Positions 1 to 13,652 of a stretch of 64,000 nt of DNA are shown in pieces. The DNA is from Octopus vulgaris (lineage: Eukaryota). Under the pieces are notes generated by a model, which worked only from the letters and a program-made list of their open reading frames with translations, was not told where the DNA came from and ran no database searches. Within the stretch, counting starts at the first letter, position 1. The number at the start of each line of letters is the position of its first letter. The position numbers and the translations under genes are program-made. The stretch spans positions 1,054,001 to 1,118,000 of the forward strand of contig OX597825.1 in assembly GCA_951406725.2 (NCBI GenBank), read 5' to 3'.

Positions 1-66
1 GACAAACACACACAAACATATATACACACATATATACATATATGTGTATATATATATGCATGTATG

Positions 67-94
<28 letters not shown>

Positions 95-97
<3 letters not shown>

Positions 98-260
98 GAT
101 GACCTTCTTTCAGTTTCTGTCTACTAAATCCTCTCACAAGGCTTTGGTTGGCCTGAAGCTATAGTAGAAGACACTTGCCCAAGGTGCCACGCAGTGGGAC
201 TGAACTTGGAACCATGTGGTTTGTAAGCAAGCTACTTACCACACAGCCACTCCTGCACCT
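95..260 (-). mobile_element. tRNA-derived SINE, 5' head (family A)
   Basis: Minus strand reads AGGTGCAGGAGTGGCTGTGTGGTAAG (A box)...AGTTCAGTCCC (B box-like)...CCTTGGGCAAGTGTCTT (CORE-like); the same head recurs near 2090, 13670, 27630, 28355, 41020, 54155, 58140. Confidence 0.85.
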
Positions 261-479
261 ATGTTGACAATTTATTCTATTAATCAACAAAACTGAAAAT
301 GGTTGGGAACTAAACAACAGTGTACTCTGGTGGCAGACCATGGTAACACAAAACACCAATCAAAGATATGTGCTTCACATCTCTTGGTCAAACAAACTGT
401 ATTAACATATCCCTTCTGATTAGAAGTGAAAGTGGACAATACTGTTCGTTTAACATTTTTTGATTTAGGTCAAGTTCCC

Positions 480-1777
480 ACATAGTCCAGACCTATTATT
501 CGAAAGCAACAAATGAAGTACAAAGAAGATGGTAGAAACCAAAAGTGCCAAATCTGTGACTGTTAAAACATGTGACCACGAGAAGGTTTACGACACAATT
601 GTTTTAATGTGTTTTACTGATGGCACAAAGCTTATTTCACTTCTAAAAGAAGAAAAAACATTACCTAAAGAAAAACTAGGAGGAATGAAATTGTGGATAG
701 AATGTGGTTGAAGTTGCTTTTTGAGTCATTCAAATAACTGGCTTTTTGAGCTGACAGGTCTCAGTTTGTTAGAAAGAAAGTTGGCAACTAAAATTTCAAC
801 TGTAATGCCAGGTAGACTAACTCTAACCAGTCACTTTCAGCCTCTGGATGTCTTTATCAATGAACCATTTAAAGGATTTATGTGGTAAGAATGAATGAAT
901 TGGATTTAGGTTTCAGCTTTTGAAGAGGCACAGAGACAAGGAGAAGGAAGAGGTTTACTTAGAGATGTGTGAACAGGTAACAAGTTCATGGAATGAAGTA
1001 AAAGATGAGGGAGTTGAGAAATCATGAAAAAGATGTAGAGTTAGTAATACCATAAATGGAGATGAGGGGGTTTATTATTTGAAGGAAACATTGTTGACAC
1101 AAATCCTATTGCAGAACATTCCAGTTAAGAAGGGAGTCTCATTGATACAAAGCAGTGAGAATGAATTTTCAGGCTTTCCCAAAGTTGGCTCACCGAGTTC
1201 TGAAGATGAGGATTTCCCAGATTTCTCAGGTGATTAATTAAATAAAATTTCATTTCATGAAACTTTTTTTGTTTTGTTTTATATTTATTCTGCTCTAAAA
1301 TGTTGTAACACATCTGACGCTATTCACTGAAATACCAGAATGGATTCACTGTTTTCCTGTTGCTTACTCTCTACTAATATTAATGAAAGACTTGCTTTTA
1401 CATAAACTCTGTCTCTAGCAATTCATTCACATTCATTGTACTCTGCTGCTTGCTTTGTACTAGATTTTACTGATATATTTGCTTTGTCTGCATGTACAAA
1501 TTATTCACTGATACTAAAGCAAAGTATTTCTTTTCAGCTTTTGTAAATTAAATCTCTTTTCTTGTCAAGGTTACAACATATGATTTTATAATTGATTCCT
1601 GTTTGCATTGTATTTTTATGCACAAAATCACATGCGACCCCTTCAAAACCACTTTCAAATAATTTTCATGGTGTGTTGGATATTAAAACTCTTTCTTTTC
1701 TATTTTTCATACAAAATACTCCTGTAAGATATAAGGATGTATCTTATGCAGAGTTGCATCTTAAACACTGGCAAATA

Positions 1778-1779
<2 letters not shown>
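480..1779 (+). mobile_element. Decayed pogo/Tigger-family DNA transposon
   Basis: Peptides KSAKSVTVKTCDHEK..TIVLMCFTDGTKL and MPG..TSHFQPLDVFINEPFK resemble pogo DDE_1 motifs; possible 3' terminus (CTTAAACACTGGCAAATACCA) near 1760-1779; boundaries approximate. Confidence 0.7.
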
Positions 1780-1819
<40 letters not shown>

Positions 1820-1865
1820 GTTGCTAACCTATTTTTGAAGAATTCAAGCTTTTTGGCAAATATTC

Positions 1866-2055
1866 TTTTACTTCATTCAGTCATTAGATTGCAGCCACCT
1901 TGAAAAAATTTAGTTGAACAAATTGACCCTAGTATTTATTTTTTTAAACCTGGTACTCATTCTATCAGTCTCTTTTGCTGAATTGTTAAGTTATGAGGAT
2001 GTAAACACACCAACACCGGCTTTCAAGTGATGGTAGTGGATGAGACAAACACAGG

Positions 2056-2090
<35 letters not shown>

Positions 2091-2233
2091 ATAATGGGTT
2101 CCTTTTAGTTTCTCTACTAAATCCTCTCACAAGGCTATAACAGAAGACCCTTGCCCAAGGGGCCTTGCAGTGATACTGAACCTAGAACCATACAGCTGGG
2201 ATGCAACCTTCTTACCACACAACCACATCTGTG

Positions 2234-2236
<3 letters not shown>
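1866..2236 (-). mobile_element. Full composite SINE (family A head + internal microsatellite + tail)
   Basis: Head at 2090-2236, (CA)n at 2059-2088, tail block (CCTGGTACTCATTCTATCAGTCTCTTTTGCTGAA..) shared with copies at 51040-51345 and 53920-54275. Confidence 0.8.
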
Positions 2237-2273
<37 letters not shown>

Positions 2274-2354
2274 AGTATTATCCATACAATTTCAAAATAA
2301 GGTGATTAGAATCAAAATAAGTGTTACCTCTGGATATCCTTGTTGCTTATTTTG

Positions 2355-2386
<32 letters not shown>

Positions 2387-2388
<2 letters not shown>

Positions 2389-5300
2389 GGACTCTCCTTC
2401 TGGTTTCAGTGTATGGGGCTCCAACAACGTACTCTTTCTTTGTCACTTGCAATGCTTATGTCGAATGTGACATTTAAGTCCTGCCAACAGTTTGCAAAGA
2501 AAGCCACAAATGTTGTAAGTTTGAGGATTACATGTCAGTGTAGGTGGTATATTTGCAGCCTCTTTTCCTCTTTGCTTTGCACCCCGAAGTCTGTTAATGC
2601 TGGTTGCAACAAAGTTTTTAATACCATTTTGACACAGCGATCTCCATTTTGTTCATACCGATGCTGTTCGCTCAAATTTGTTGTGAGCTATCTTCATCTC
2701 TAAGAGGTTACTCTTCAGCTTGTCCTTATACCTGAGCCATGGTCGAACAACATTCCTGTGTCCACTCTCAAGCTGGCTGAGCATGAGGACTTTGGGTATT
2801 CTTTCATCACTGATTCTGTCAACATGGCTGCCCAGCACAATTGTGATTGTATAAGGAAGCTCTCAATTCCACCAATCTTACACTTTGCTAAACAAGTTGG
2901 CATTAGAAACTTTGTCTTTTAGTGAATAACCACAGATAGTCCTCAGACAGTCTTTGAGGAAGATGTCTAGCTGGTTTATGTGTTGTCTATAGGGTATCCA
3001 CGATTCTGAGCCATACAAGAGAGTAGTAAGAATGGCTGTTTTATAGACCTGTTCTTTGGTGTCAAGTTTGATTCTCCTTTCATTCCATAGGTGAGGACAA
3101 CAGAGTTTGCCAATTGCATTGGTTGCCTTTGCAAGACAGTTGATGATTTCGTCATAAAGGGAAATGCTCAAATTCACTTTACTACCAAGACATGTAAAAT
3201 ACTTCACATGATTTAGGCTTTTCCCATCAACCTGTATAGGAGGGTCAGGAAAATTGTGAACCAGTGGCCTCTGCTTGACACCTCGAATTTGTTTAGGAGA
3301 AGGGCAAGGTTGGTGGATTACTTCTGCCTTCTTTATGCTGACGGTCAAACAAAAGGCTTTTCATGCAGCAGAAAACTGCTATAGAAGTTATAATGATAAC
3401 ATTTAACATCTTGTCAGGTATACTCAGCTTTTTCAGAACTTTCCATAGTGCTTGCCAGCTAACAGCGTTGAAGGCCTTAATAAGGTCAACAAATATCAAG
3501 AACAGCTCTTGAGTTTTCTCGCATACCTTCTCCATGACCTGTGGGAGGGAAAAGATCATGTCAATAGTGCCACAAACAGCAAAATCCACACTGTGATTCT
3601 GGGTAGATATCATTTACTACATGTTTGATGATCCTGTCAAGAATGAGTCGAGCAAGAATCTTACCAAAAATAGACAGAAGCCATATTCCATGAGGATTAT
3701 CACAGACACTTCTGTTGCCTTTGTTCTTATACAGATGTTGAAGTGAGGCATCCCTGAAATTCTGTGGTACATGGCCTATGAAGAGGTCATGCAGTTTCTT
3801 CAAAAGCTTCTGTCCACCATGTTTGTAAATTTCAGGAGGGACAGCATCCCTGCCAGGTGCTTTACCAGAAGAGATCTGTTTAATAGAGTTTACCACTTCC
3901 AGACAGGTTGGCTCCGGAGACAATTCCAGTCTATTAGAGTGTGCTGTGGAACAGACATTATGACGTCATCATTGGTGACTGAGGTGGAGTTCAACACGGC
4001 CTCAAAGTGATCTTTCCATCATTTCAAGATGTGAGATTTGTCAGTCAGGAGTGTCTCTCTATTCGATGAAAAAATGAGTAACACCATGCTCTTGAGGACC
4101 AAACACTTTCTTGAGGTCATCATAAAAAGCTTTAGAATCCTTTTTGTTTGCAGTATCTTGGAGTTCACCAAGCCTCCTTCATCTGTCTCAGAGCATGTTG
4201 GACCTGGCCTCTGCATTTCTTGTAGGCATTCTCTTTCCGGGATGAGCTCATATCATTTATCCAAGTTCTGTGAGAGATGTGCATTTTATCTATCAACTGT
4301 TGGACATCTGTGTTGCTATCTTTGAACCAATCTTGATGTTTACGAACAGGAAGTCCAAGAATCTCTACAGATGCAGTGTGCATTGCATCACATAGAGACT
4401 TCCAAGATGTTTCTATGTCATCATTGATATCAAAAGTGTTGACTGCAGTGTCCATCCAACTTGATAGAGAGCTCAGCCTGCTTTTCAACAGTTTCCAAAG
4501 GCAGAACATTAATAGACTTAGGCACTGATGACTTTTGTAGCCTTGTGTGTTTCAGATGGAATGTAGCCTGCTACAGAGAAGAGAACAGTCAGAGAGATAG
4601 CAGGTATTATGAAAGGAACGTGTAAAGTCCCTAGTATCTCATTTCTTATTGATAACATGGTTCTATGAGATGCCAGTCTTTAGATCTAGGATGCATCCAT
4701 GTCATCTTACAAAAAATTTCACTGTTGGAAAAAGGCATTTGTGATGCTTAGACTGAATTCCCTGCAGATGGAGAGCACACGCAGACTGTGGGAGTTCATT
4801 CAACTTACACCATGACAACCAAGTACATCCTCTCCCATGCCTGATAGTCATTTCCAACATGAGTGTTAAAGTCGTCCATAAGGATAAGTTTATCTCTATG
4901 GTAACAACTGGAGATGACATCATGGAGTTGGCTGCAAAATTGGTTGGGGCAGAGCAACTGACAAGCATTGTGATCAAGTTCTAACGTTAGTGCCATGATG
5001 CGATCAGAAATGCCTTTGGGTAGAGAAAGAAGGGATCTAGCCATTTCTGTTTTGATAGCAAAATCAACACCAAAGTGGTCTTCATTTCTTCCACACCAGA
5101 AAATATATATATATCCACTTTTATTTTCTTCTAACTGTGCAAGACGCTTCCAATGTATTTCTTTAGTTCAAGGGCAACCAGTACTGTTTTATGTTCTGCT
5201 GCTGAGTGACTGTCTTGGAGAATGTTCACATTCCAAGAGCCAAGGTTGATATTCTTAGATTTCTTCGAGTTTCAACTGTATTACTGAATAACTAGACAGC

Positions 5301-6180
5301 TGCAGCGAGCTGACAAGTTTAAGGTGAGTAAGCAATGTTTGGGGCTCCTTTTCTCACCCTTCCCACTGTTGGGAAAAGCAGTGCTGTGTCTAAATAGATC
5401 TGCTTTGTTACCACTGGAGGACATGGACAGCACAGTTACTCACAAGTTCTGTACTGGGACGACCATCACCCAATGGTCGCTGACTGTGTAGAGATTCAGC
5501 CAGAGACTTCCAGTGATATCCTTTACCTGCCCCTGCCATTTTCACTCTCTTGCCAGAAGACTTTGTGGCTTTTTCAAGTTGAAGCAATGCCATATTGAAT
5601 GAATAAATGTAAGTTGTCAGAAAAGCCACAGATGATTTGATTTCAGTGTTGAAGGCTTGTGTAGAACCAGCCACACTTTTTGGAAGTGATGGTAGCAAGA
5701 ATATGGTGCACACATGTGCCACAATACCAAGAACAACACACCTCAGGCGTTTTCTTCAGAGGTTTCCATCTCCTAGACGAGCTGCTATAAATGAGCTGGA
5801 GAACCTAGTCTGCCCTATGAGTCAGAGTTTGCTGATAGTACAGCCTTGTTAAGGAGACCCTCAGCAACTAAAGACCTGGTTTTGTATTAGAGTTTCCCTC
5901 TCCTAGATGGGGTGCCTTCATCACGGTTAAGGAGTCCCATCTGCCCACTAAAATATGGAATTAAATACATCAGGGGAAAAAAAACAAAAAAAGAATCACA
6001 CACACACATACACACAGTTGGATGGCCATTGAATGCTCATGAGTTCCTCTGCTCTTTAAGACAGGCTTTATTTTTCGTCCTGCAGGGTGTCCAACTATCA
6101 GCGTCCTCACCAAGCAAGCTTGGTGGGGTTGCCAGTTTAGTTGCCAACGACCCAACCATGTAGCAGGTTGTACTGCATTA
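2387..6180 (-). mobile_element. Near full-length, frameshifted RTE-clade (BovB-like) LINE: 5' UTR, APE endonuclease, reverse transcriptase
   Basis: Minus-strand peptides in the expected order: LGSWNVNIL (~5245), DKLILMDDFNTHVG, RKHQDWF, SGKAPGRDAVPPEIYK, YPESQCGF, GTIDMIFSL, FVDLIKAF, FTCLGS, LLYGSESW, RLRYKD-like (WLRYKDKLK); many stops and frameshifts. Confidence 0.92.
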
Positions 6181-6232
6181 CATGTTTTTAATAGCAAACA
6201 AGAGCAACTAATAGCAATTGAGAGTGACATGA

Positions 6233-6261
<29 letters not shown>

Positions 6262-6265
<4 letters not shown>

Positions 6266-6419
6266 ATAAAACGGTAAGATAACAAAAGAAAGAAAGAGAC
6301 CTCAATATTATGTAAATAGAGGAAATTTATCTATATATATATATCATAATCTGAAGATAGTGAATCCACAACACATCTTCGGTTATCTGGCTTTTCTGAA
6401 ATAGCCAGATACCGAAGAG

Positions 6420-6422
<3 letters not shown>
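6262..6422. repeat. Truncated copy of the palindromic hammerhead-like repeat at 11826-12180
   Basis: 6262-6330 is the reverse complement of 12105-12177; 6370-6422 is a hairpin CATCTTCGGTTATCTGGCT..AGCCAGATACCGAAGAGATG. Confidence 0.75.
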
Positions 6423-6477
<55 letters not shown>

Positions 6478-6497
6478 ATATATGTATCATCATCATC

Positions 6498-6689
6498 AAG
6501 AAAATGAGATGACAAAGGAATAAATGCTCATCTTATGAACTGCATTAGCTTACAGCTGTTTCTGTTCTGAGGCTCTGTTACTCAGGCCCTCAACTCTAGG
6601 TCCACTGCATCTTAAAAGCAGAAACAACAGCTGTAAGCTAATGAAGTAAATGAGATAATTCGTTTATTCCTTTGCCATTTCATTTTCTT
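6498..6689. repeat. Imperfect inverted repeat, arms about 68 bp
   Basis: AAGAAAATGAGATGACAAAGGAATAAA...CATTAGCTTACAGCTGTTTCTG pairs with CAGAAAC(AAC)AGCTGTAAGCTAATG...TTTATTCCTTTGCCATTTCATTTTCTT. Confidence 0.8.
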
Positions 6690-6699
6690 ATTACTGCTC

Positions 6700-6824
6700 T
6701 CATCATCATCATCATCGTTTAACATCCGCTTTCCATGCTAGCATGGGTTGGCCGATTTTGACTGAGGGCTGGCGAACCAGATGGCTGTACCAGGCCCCAA
6801 TCTTGATCTGGCGGAGTTTCTACT
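6700..6824 (-). mobile_element. SINE 3' part with (GAT)n tail (family B)
   Basis: Near-identical in reverse to 37130-37250 (CCAACCCATGCTAGCATGGAAAG..GTTAAACGATGATG). Confidence 0.85.
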
Positions 6825-8045
6825 CAATTAATGTTTCATTTGGAAGCATATGTTATTAGTCTCACAATTCTATAAACTTATTCTTAGATTTACAATGGAA
6901 ATACTCCTTATATAACTCAACTTTCACAAATATTTCTCAATCTCTAAACTGACACTTTTCATACATTTAACTTCTAAGCACCCTTTTTTCATCGGCAAAG
7001 GTTATGAAAAATCTATGATGCCATTTCCAACAAATTTCCCAGAATATTCAATAAAGATTTCTGTTTAAATGAAACAAATGTCTCCTCAATATTCTTTTGT
7101 CCTCACTCATTCCACTTTTAGTTACGTACACTCTTTGTCATGTTTTTCTTTTTCTTTATGCTCCTGTTATTTTGTATTTGTCAATCTTTTAAAAATGCTT
7201 TTAGTCTAATATTTAATCTGAAATAAAACCTCTGAAGAAGATGGAATTTTCCAAATTATTAAAAATCTTAGTTGCTTGAACCATAATTTATGGAGGAGGT
7301 TTGAAGTCTAAAAAGTCGACAAATGCCAGAGCACAAGCTAAACATAGATTTTAACATTTTATTCTCTGTGGTTCAATATGATATAAGAAGATAAAGAAAG
7401 TTTGGAGTCATCTGTGAAAGCAACTTATGCATAATGATTTATAATAAGTAACTTATTCCTTTCTTATTGATCTGAAGTAATATCATGCAAAGAAATTTCT
7501 AGATATGACAAGATAACTGTTCGAAAGTTGGTGTGCAGGATAAATAAATCTGTCCTTTTCCCTACAGGCATCTGATAAAAAGAGCAACTAATGATACATT
7601 TTTCGTGGAAACCTCATAAAATACAGTCAGAGGGGTGAGATATACAAATGTATGAGCTGTTATTAACCCTGCACACTAAAATTATGTAAGTTGGTACATT
7701 TTACTATTATATTGAAATTTGTGAACAATATTTCAATGTTAGCAGGTTTTCAATGAGCCAGTCACTGGCTCAATATATTTCTTATAGTGAATTTGAGAAA
7801 GGAGTATTTGTAACTAAGTATAGAACAAATATCACAAGGGGCATTGTTAGAAAAGCACCTGTTTTCTTGCCAGTTGTTTTTTTTTTCTGTCTTCCTTGTA
7901 ACTTTTGTTGATATACATTGGTGAAAAATATACACACATGTATGTATACATATATTCATTTTTAACTGTGGAAGCTGAAGTTAAAAACAAATTATTTCAC
8001 ATTCTCTTGAACTGTCAAATTCTTATGATGCAGATAACACACACA

Positions 8046-8110
<65 letters not shown>

Positions 8111-10739
8111 TGATATAAATACATGCAAATAAAATTTATAAATTAAGAAAAAAGTATGAAAGAATCTGGAATACTTTACATAAAAAAAAAGGAAATGCAT
8201 TTATATACTAAAGAGACACTGATAGAGCGGTTGAGAAATAATTATATTATATATATATGTGTCACTCACCAGACAAGGTATAAAATTCTGGTAACTGACT
8301 ATGCAGTATATCGACAATGGGTGAGGTAATGTTGTTTTTAAATTCCTTGCCCCGTACTGAAAGTAGAAAAGTAAACCTTACTGATTTTGCTATTCTTTTT
8401 AGAAGATCAAAGAAGGCAAATACTTTTGTAGACATAAAGGTTTAAATTAGATATTTTTTGAGTTTTCTTTCAAATTTGTTAGTAAAAATTTTACCTGTGA
8501 GGAACATTTTTGTTTTAAAATTAAATTAGTAGCTGTACAGAGTACAATTTCTGGAGGAGTGTTAAGCTTAGCTTTCAGATAATACTAAAGTGATAGTCCA
8601 AAAAAGTAGTAAAAATTACTGTACTTTTTTTTTAACAACTTTGGAACAAAGAGGGCAGCACTGGTCTTGATTAGCAATATGAATGAATTAGTGAAAACTC
8701 AAAATAGATATTCAAGATTCCGAGAACAGAAAATTCAGAAATACAAATTAGCTGTTCAATGGAAAGGAGAACATTAACACCAATAACATCTTGCCGCTTT
8801 AGAATGTCATCAAAGTATCACTTTTTATTGTGAAGCAAATCAATGTCACACATAAGAAGGGAACATCTCTGCTGTTAAATATCTTCCTAAGATAAATAGA
8901 TATTTTATTAATTAATATTCAAAATATTCATTATATATTAAAAAAATTAAACAATGGATTCTCAGAACAAAATGTCTGGAGGTCTCAGAATTTCTCTCCA
9001 CTGCGTGTTTTCATTTAATTTTTAATCAACTTACATTTTGGAGTTTTCTACCTTTCCCCATTTGAAAAGAATTGTCATTAACACTAATGAATTTTCTTTT
9101 CATTATGGGTATAATTTCAATTGATTAGCCAATTTTTTTGACTGATAATATTAAGTAATTTAACTCATGTTTAAGCACATAATTCAAAATTATATGCAAC
9201 ATATTGCAAACGATAAATATCAAAGTATAGTATGAATGCAGATAATCCCCAAAATGCTTATATCTCAAGTAATCCTCCAGACCATGCTTTAATAAAAGAC
9301 ATTGAAGAAAGACTCAAGTATGGAAATATAAAAATATCAGTTCTGCAAAAAGTTAAATTTGATGATAATTACATGGAAGTTTGATGAGCGCAGGTATATA
9401 GAAATAAAGAGAAGATAACTCTCATTGCCCCCAACCTCACACCACTTCTGATTCGATCCTATTTGATTCCTTAGTGTAGAGATAAGCAGAGGGGGCACCA
9501 CAGTATGTTAGTATAGTACAAAATAAATATAAAGTCTTAATATAATGCTGCATATATTGAATAAATAAACAAATATTTTATCATTATTCATATTTAGAGA
9601 TTAAAATAATTACCTGTTCCTAATAAAGTTTTTGACTTTATTCACAAAGTAAAGCGAAATATTTTTTATTTGTTTTGTTAGACATGATTAAAAAAAAATT
9701 GTGATTAACTAATTTTGTATCTTGCATTATGCTTGCTAGGCTAAGGAACTGGGTTAACATCATTCATTAGAAGAAAAACTGTATCTAAGTTCCCTGATTC
9801 CAAAGTTCTATATTTTTGCCATTGTTTATCATGACTTGTGGCATACAACCTGTTATCTGCAACCCATATTAAAGTTTAAACCAATCTCATTCTGCATTTC
9901 GTGGAACTTAAATTTTTTGATAGCTTTTTTCAGATGCACTTCTAAATATATTTCTATCTTACCTAATAGTTGGAGAATATACAGAAAAATAATATTAAGA
10001 AATATTTCAGCAACGAACAGGTAACTTATTTCTAAAATAGATATACCAGTAGGGAAATAGATAAGAGCATTGATAGCTGTGTGTGTGTGTGTGCGCACAC
10101 GCATGTGTGTAATGAATTTATGTATATAATCCAGGTGATGACCTCATCAGTGCTACATGCAATAAAATGCCTAAAATGCCTAACAAAGTGTTCAAAGCAT
10201 GGTGTAAAAATGACGCCTTTTAATCAGCTAAAGAATGATTATCCAATAGCAAATTAAAAGTGGAGTCCTCTGCAAATCCAAGGCATGTATCCCAGATAGG
10301 AATGTTATAATATTTGCAGCATTAAAGTTGATATTTATCAACAATTTTCATGAAGGAATGGTGATGATGATTTTATGTTATGTTTTGTTGAACAGCAATT
10401 TATTTCATAGTCCATAACCCTTGTATGTAATATGAACTGATTAGCAATTCATCAAAACATATGTAACCTTAAATTGACTTTGCCATTAATCCAATAGAAT
10501 TATACATACATATGTACATACATATATAATATGTACATACACACATACATACATAAACACATACATACATACATACATACATTACATACATACATACATA
10601 AACATATTCATACATACATACATTTATACACATAAATCCATTTATAAATAGCTGTTTATTTTATAAAAAGGTCAATGACACTGAAATAGAAAATTACAGA
10701 CTAAAATATAAAACTGAGTTCAAATCATCTTCAAAACCC

Positions 10740-11175
10740 CTTAACTGATGCTGCCAGTCGTTGGGGTGTTACTATGGATGCTTTTGTAGTCAGTTGTCAC
10801 CACTGGTCTCTGTTCTGTCATGTGTAGTTGATTTGCAGTGTTGTGACTTGTTCAGTCCTTGATGGCGTCAAACCAGATTTTCTCTGCTTGCCTCCTTTCT
10901 CCCTCCCTCAACTCTGCCCTGAAGAATGGTTTTGGACAGGGAGTTTTGGTGGTATACATGACCATATCAGGCAAACTTTCACCTTACTTCCTCCATAAAG
11001 AGTGATTCCTGTCAACCAGTTTATTTGTTGACTTACTACCTGTCAAAGCTGTCCATTTTGTGCTCCATTTTGTGTGGGATGTGTAGCAAACTTCTGAAGT
11101 GCTTAAGCTCAAATGCTTAGACTCTTCGGTCTATGGCAGATGTAAGAGTCAAGCACTTGCCCCCATACAAAGAGA
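10740..11175 (-). mobile_element. 3' fragment of an RTE LINE
   Basis: Minus-strand peptide KFA*YGHVYHQNSLSKTILQGRVEG..GGKQRK, typical of the RTE C-terminus. Confidence 0.75.
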
Positions 11176-11791
11176 CCAGAGACTTATGCACTCTGGGTCT
11201 TGTTGGAAAACTAATGGAATAGCTTTTCCGTATGGTGTTCAATTCCATCAGGACAGCAGAGGCTTAACTGAGTCTTGCTGTTATTTCTTTGAGAGATTTG
11301 AATGTGTACGAATACAAGACATCAAATCATTGAGAAATATTTACATATAAACTTTGAGATCTGGAAACTATGCAGTCATTAAAAAGAAACGGGCCATACT
11401 GGAGCCTAAAATGTCTTTCAGTTACTCTTTTGCATAAAAATATAAAAAGATGCTTGCATTGGGAAGGATGGAATCAGTAACGCTACATTCTGAGATGAGA
11501 TGATACTGGAGAAACTTCAAGGAAATATCGACTATGAGAGACCATTTAATTTAACATCATCTTTAAAGAATTACTAAAACCAGTGCTTTTTCAAATATTC
11601 CAAAGGTACGATGAACCAATAATGGAAGTGATGATGAAGCCACTCAGTTTCGTTGTGTGTATTAGTATGTCTGTGTGTGTGCATGCACAAAGATGTTAGT
11701 CACTATTTGTCACTATTCAATGCTAAACACTGCGACAGCATAATGCTGATGTTGACGATCTCTGAACACTTTCCTTCTGAGTTATACATTC

Positions 11792-11825
<34 letters not shown>

Positions 11826-11829
<4 letters not shown>

Positions 11830-12180
11830 GTAAATGTAATATGCGACAATTATTTGGTAGCCATGATAAAACTCCGAGTTTCGGGTGCCGAGGTGGAAAT
11901 CCATGCCGCCATCTCTTCGGTTATCTGGCCATCGGAAAAATGCTATGAAAAATGATTGTGTTATTGATTCCATTCTTCTCCTTTTTCATAGCATTTTTCC
12001 GATGGCTGGATAACTGAAGAGATGGTGGCGTGGATTTCCACCTTGGCATCCGAAACTTGGAGTGTTATCATGGCTACCAAATAATTGTCACATATTACAT
12101 TTACAGATAAATGCCTCTATTCACATAATATCAAGGTCTCTTTCTTTCTTTTGTTGTCTTACCGTTTTTATCAATATATA
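11826..12180. mobile_element. Palindromic repeat (127-bp arms, ~28-nt loop, 11826-12108, plus 72-bp tail) carrying two opposed hammerhead-like motifs; probable Penelope-like terminal repeat
   Basis: 11826-11952 is the reverse complement of 11982-12108 with scattered mismatches; CTGAAGA...GAAA core at 12014-12055. Confidence 0.75.
12009..12069 (+). ncRNA. Minimal type-I hammerhead ribozyme-like motif (cleavage triplet is GUG, non-canonical)
   Basis: Stem I GATAA/TTATC; CUGAAGA; stem II GATG..CATC enclosing a GTGGA/TCCAC hairpin; extra C; GAAA; stem III ACT/AGT. Confidence 0.55.
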
Positions 12181-12351
12181 TCATCATCATCATCATTATT
12201 TAACGTCTGCTTTCCATGCTAGCATGGGTTGGATGGTTCAACTGGGGTCTGGGAAGCCAGAAGGCTGCACCAGGCCCAGTCTGATCTGGCAGTGTTTCTA
12301 CAGCTGGATGCCCTTCCTAACACCAACCACTCTGTGAGTGTACAACCACTC

Positions 12352-12355
<4 letters not shown>
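12181..12355 (-). mobile_element. SINE family B 3' part
   Basis: (CAT)n TTTAACGTCTGCTTTCCATGCTAGCATGGGTTGG...CTGGATGCCCTTCCTAACACCAACCAC. Confidence 0.85.

Positions 12356-13652
<1,297 letters not shown>

Noticed and set aside
95-260. tRNA genes at A/B-box motifs (here and at other SINE heads)
   Set aside because: No cloverleaf; each continues into SINE body sequence
9232-9387. Short ATG ORF MNADNPQNAYISSNPPDHALIKDIEERLKYG..
   Set aside because: About 50 aa, no recognisable family or clear splice context; cannot be supported without expression data
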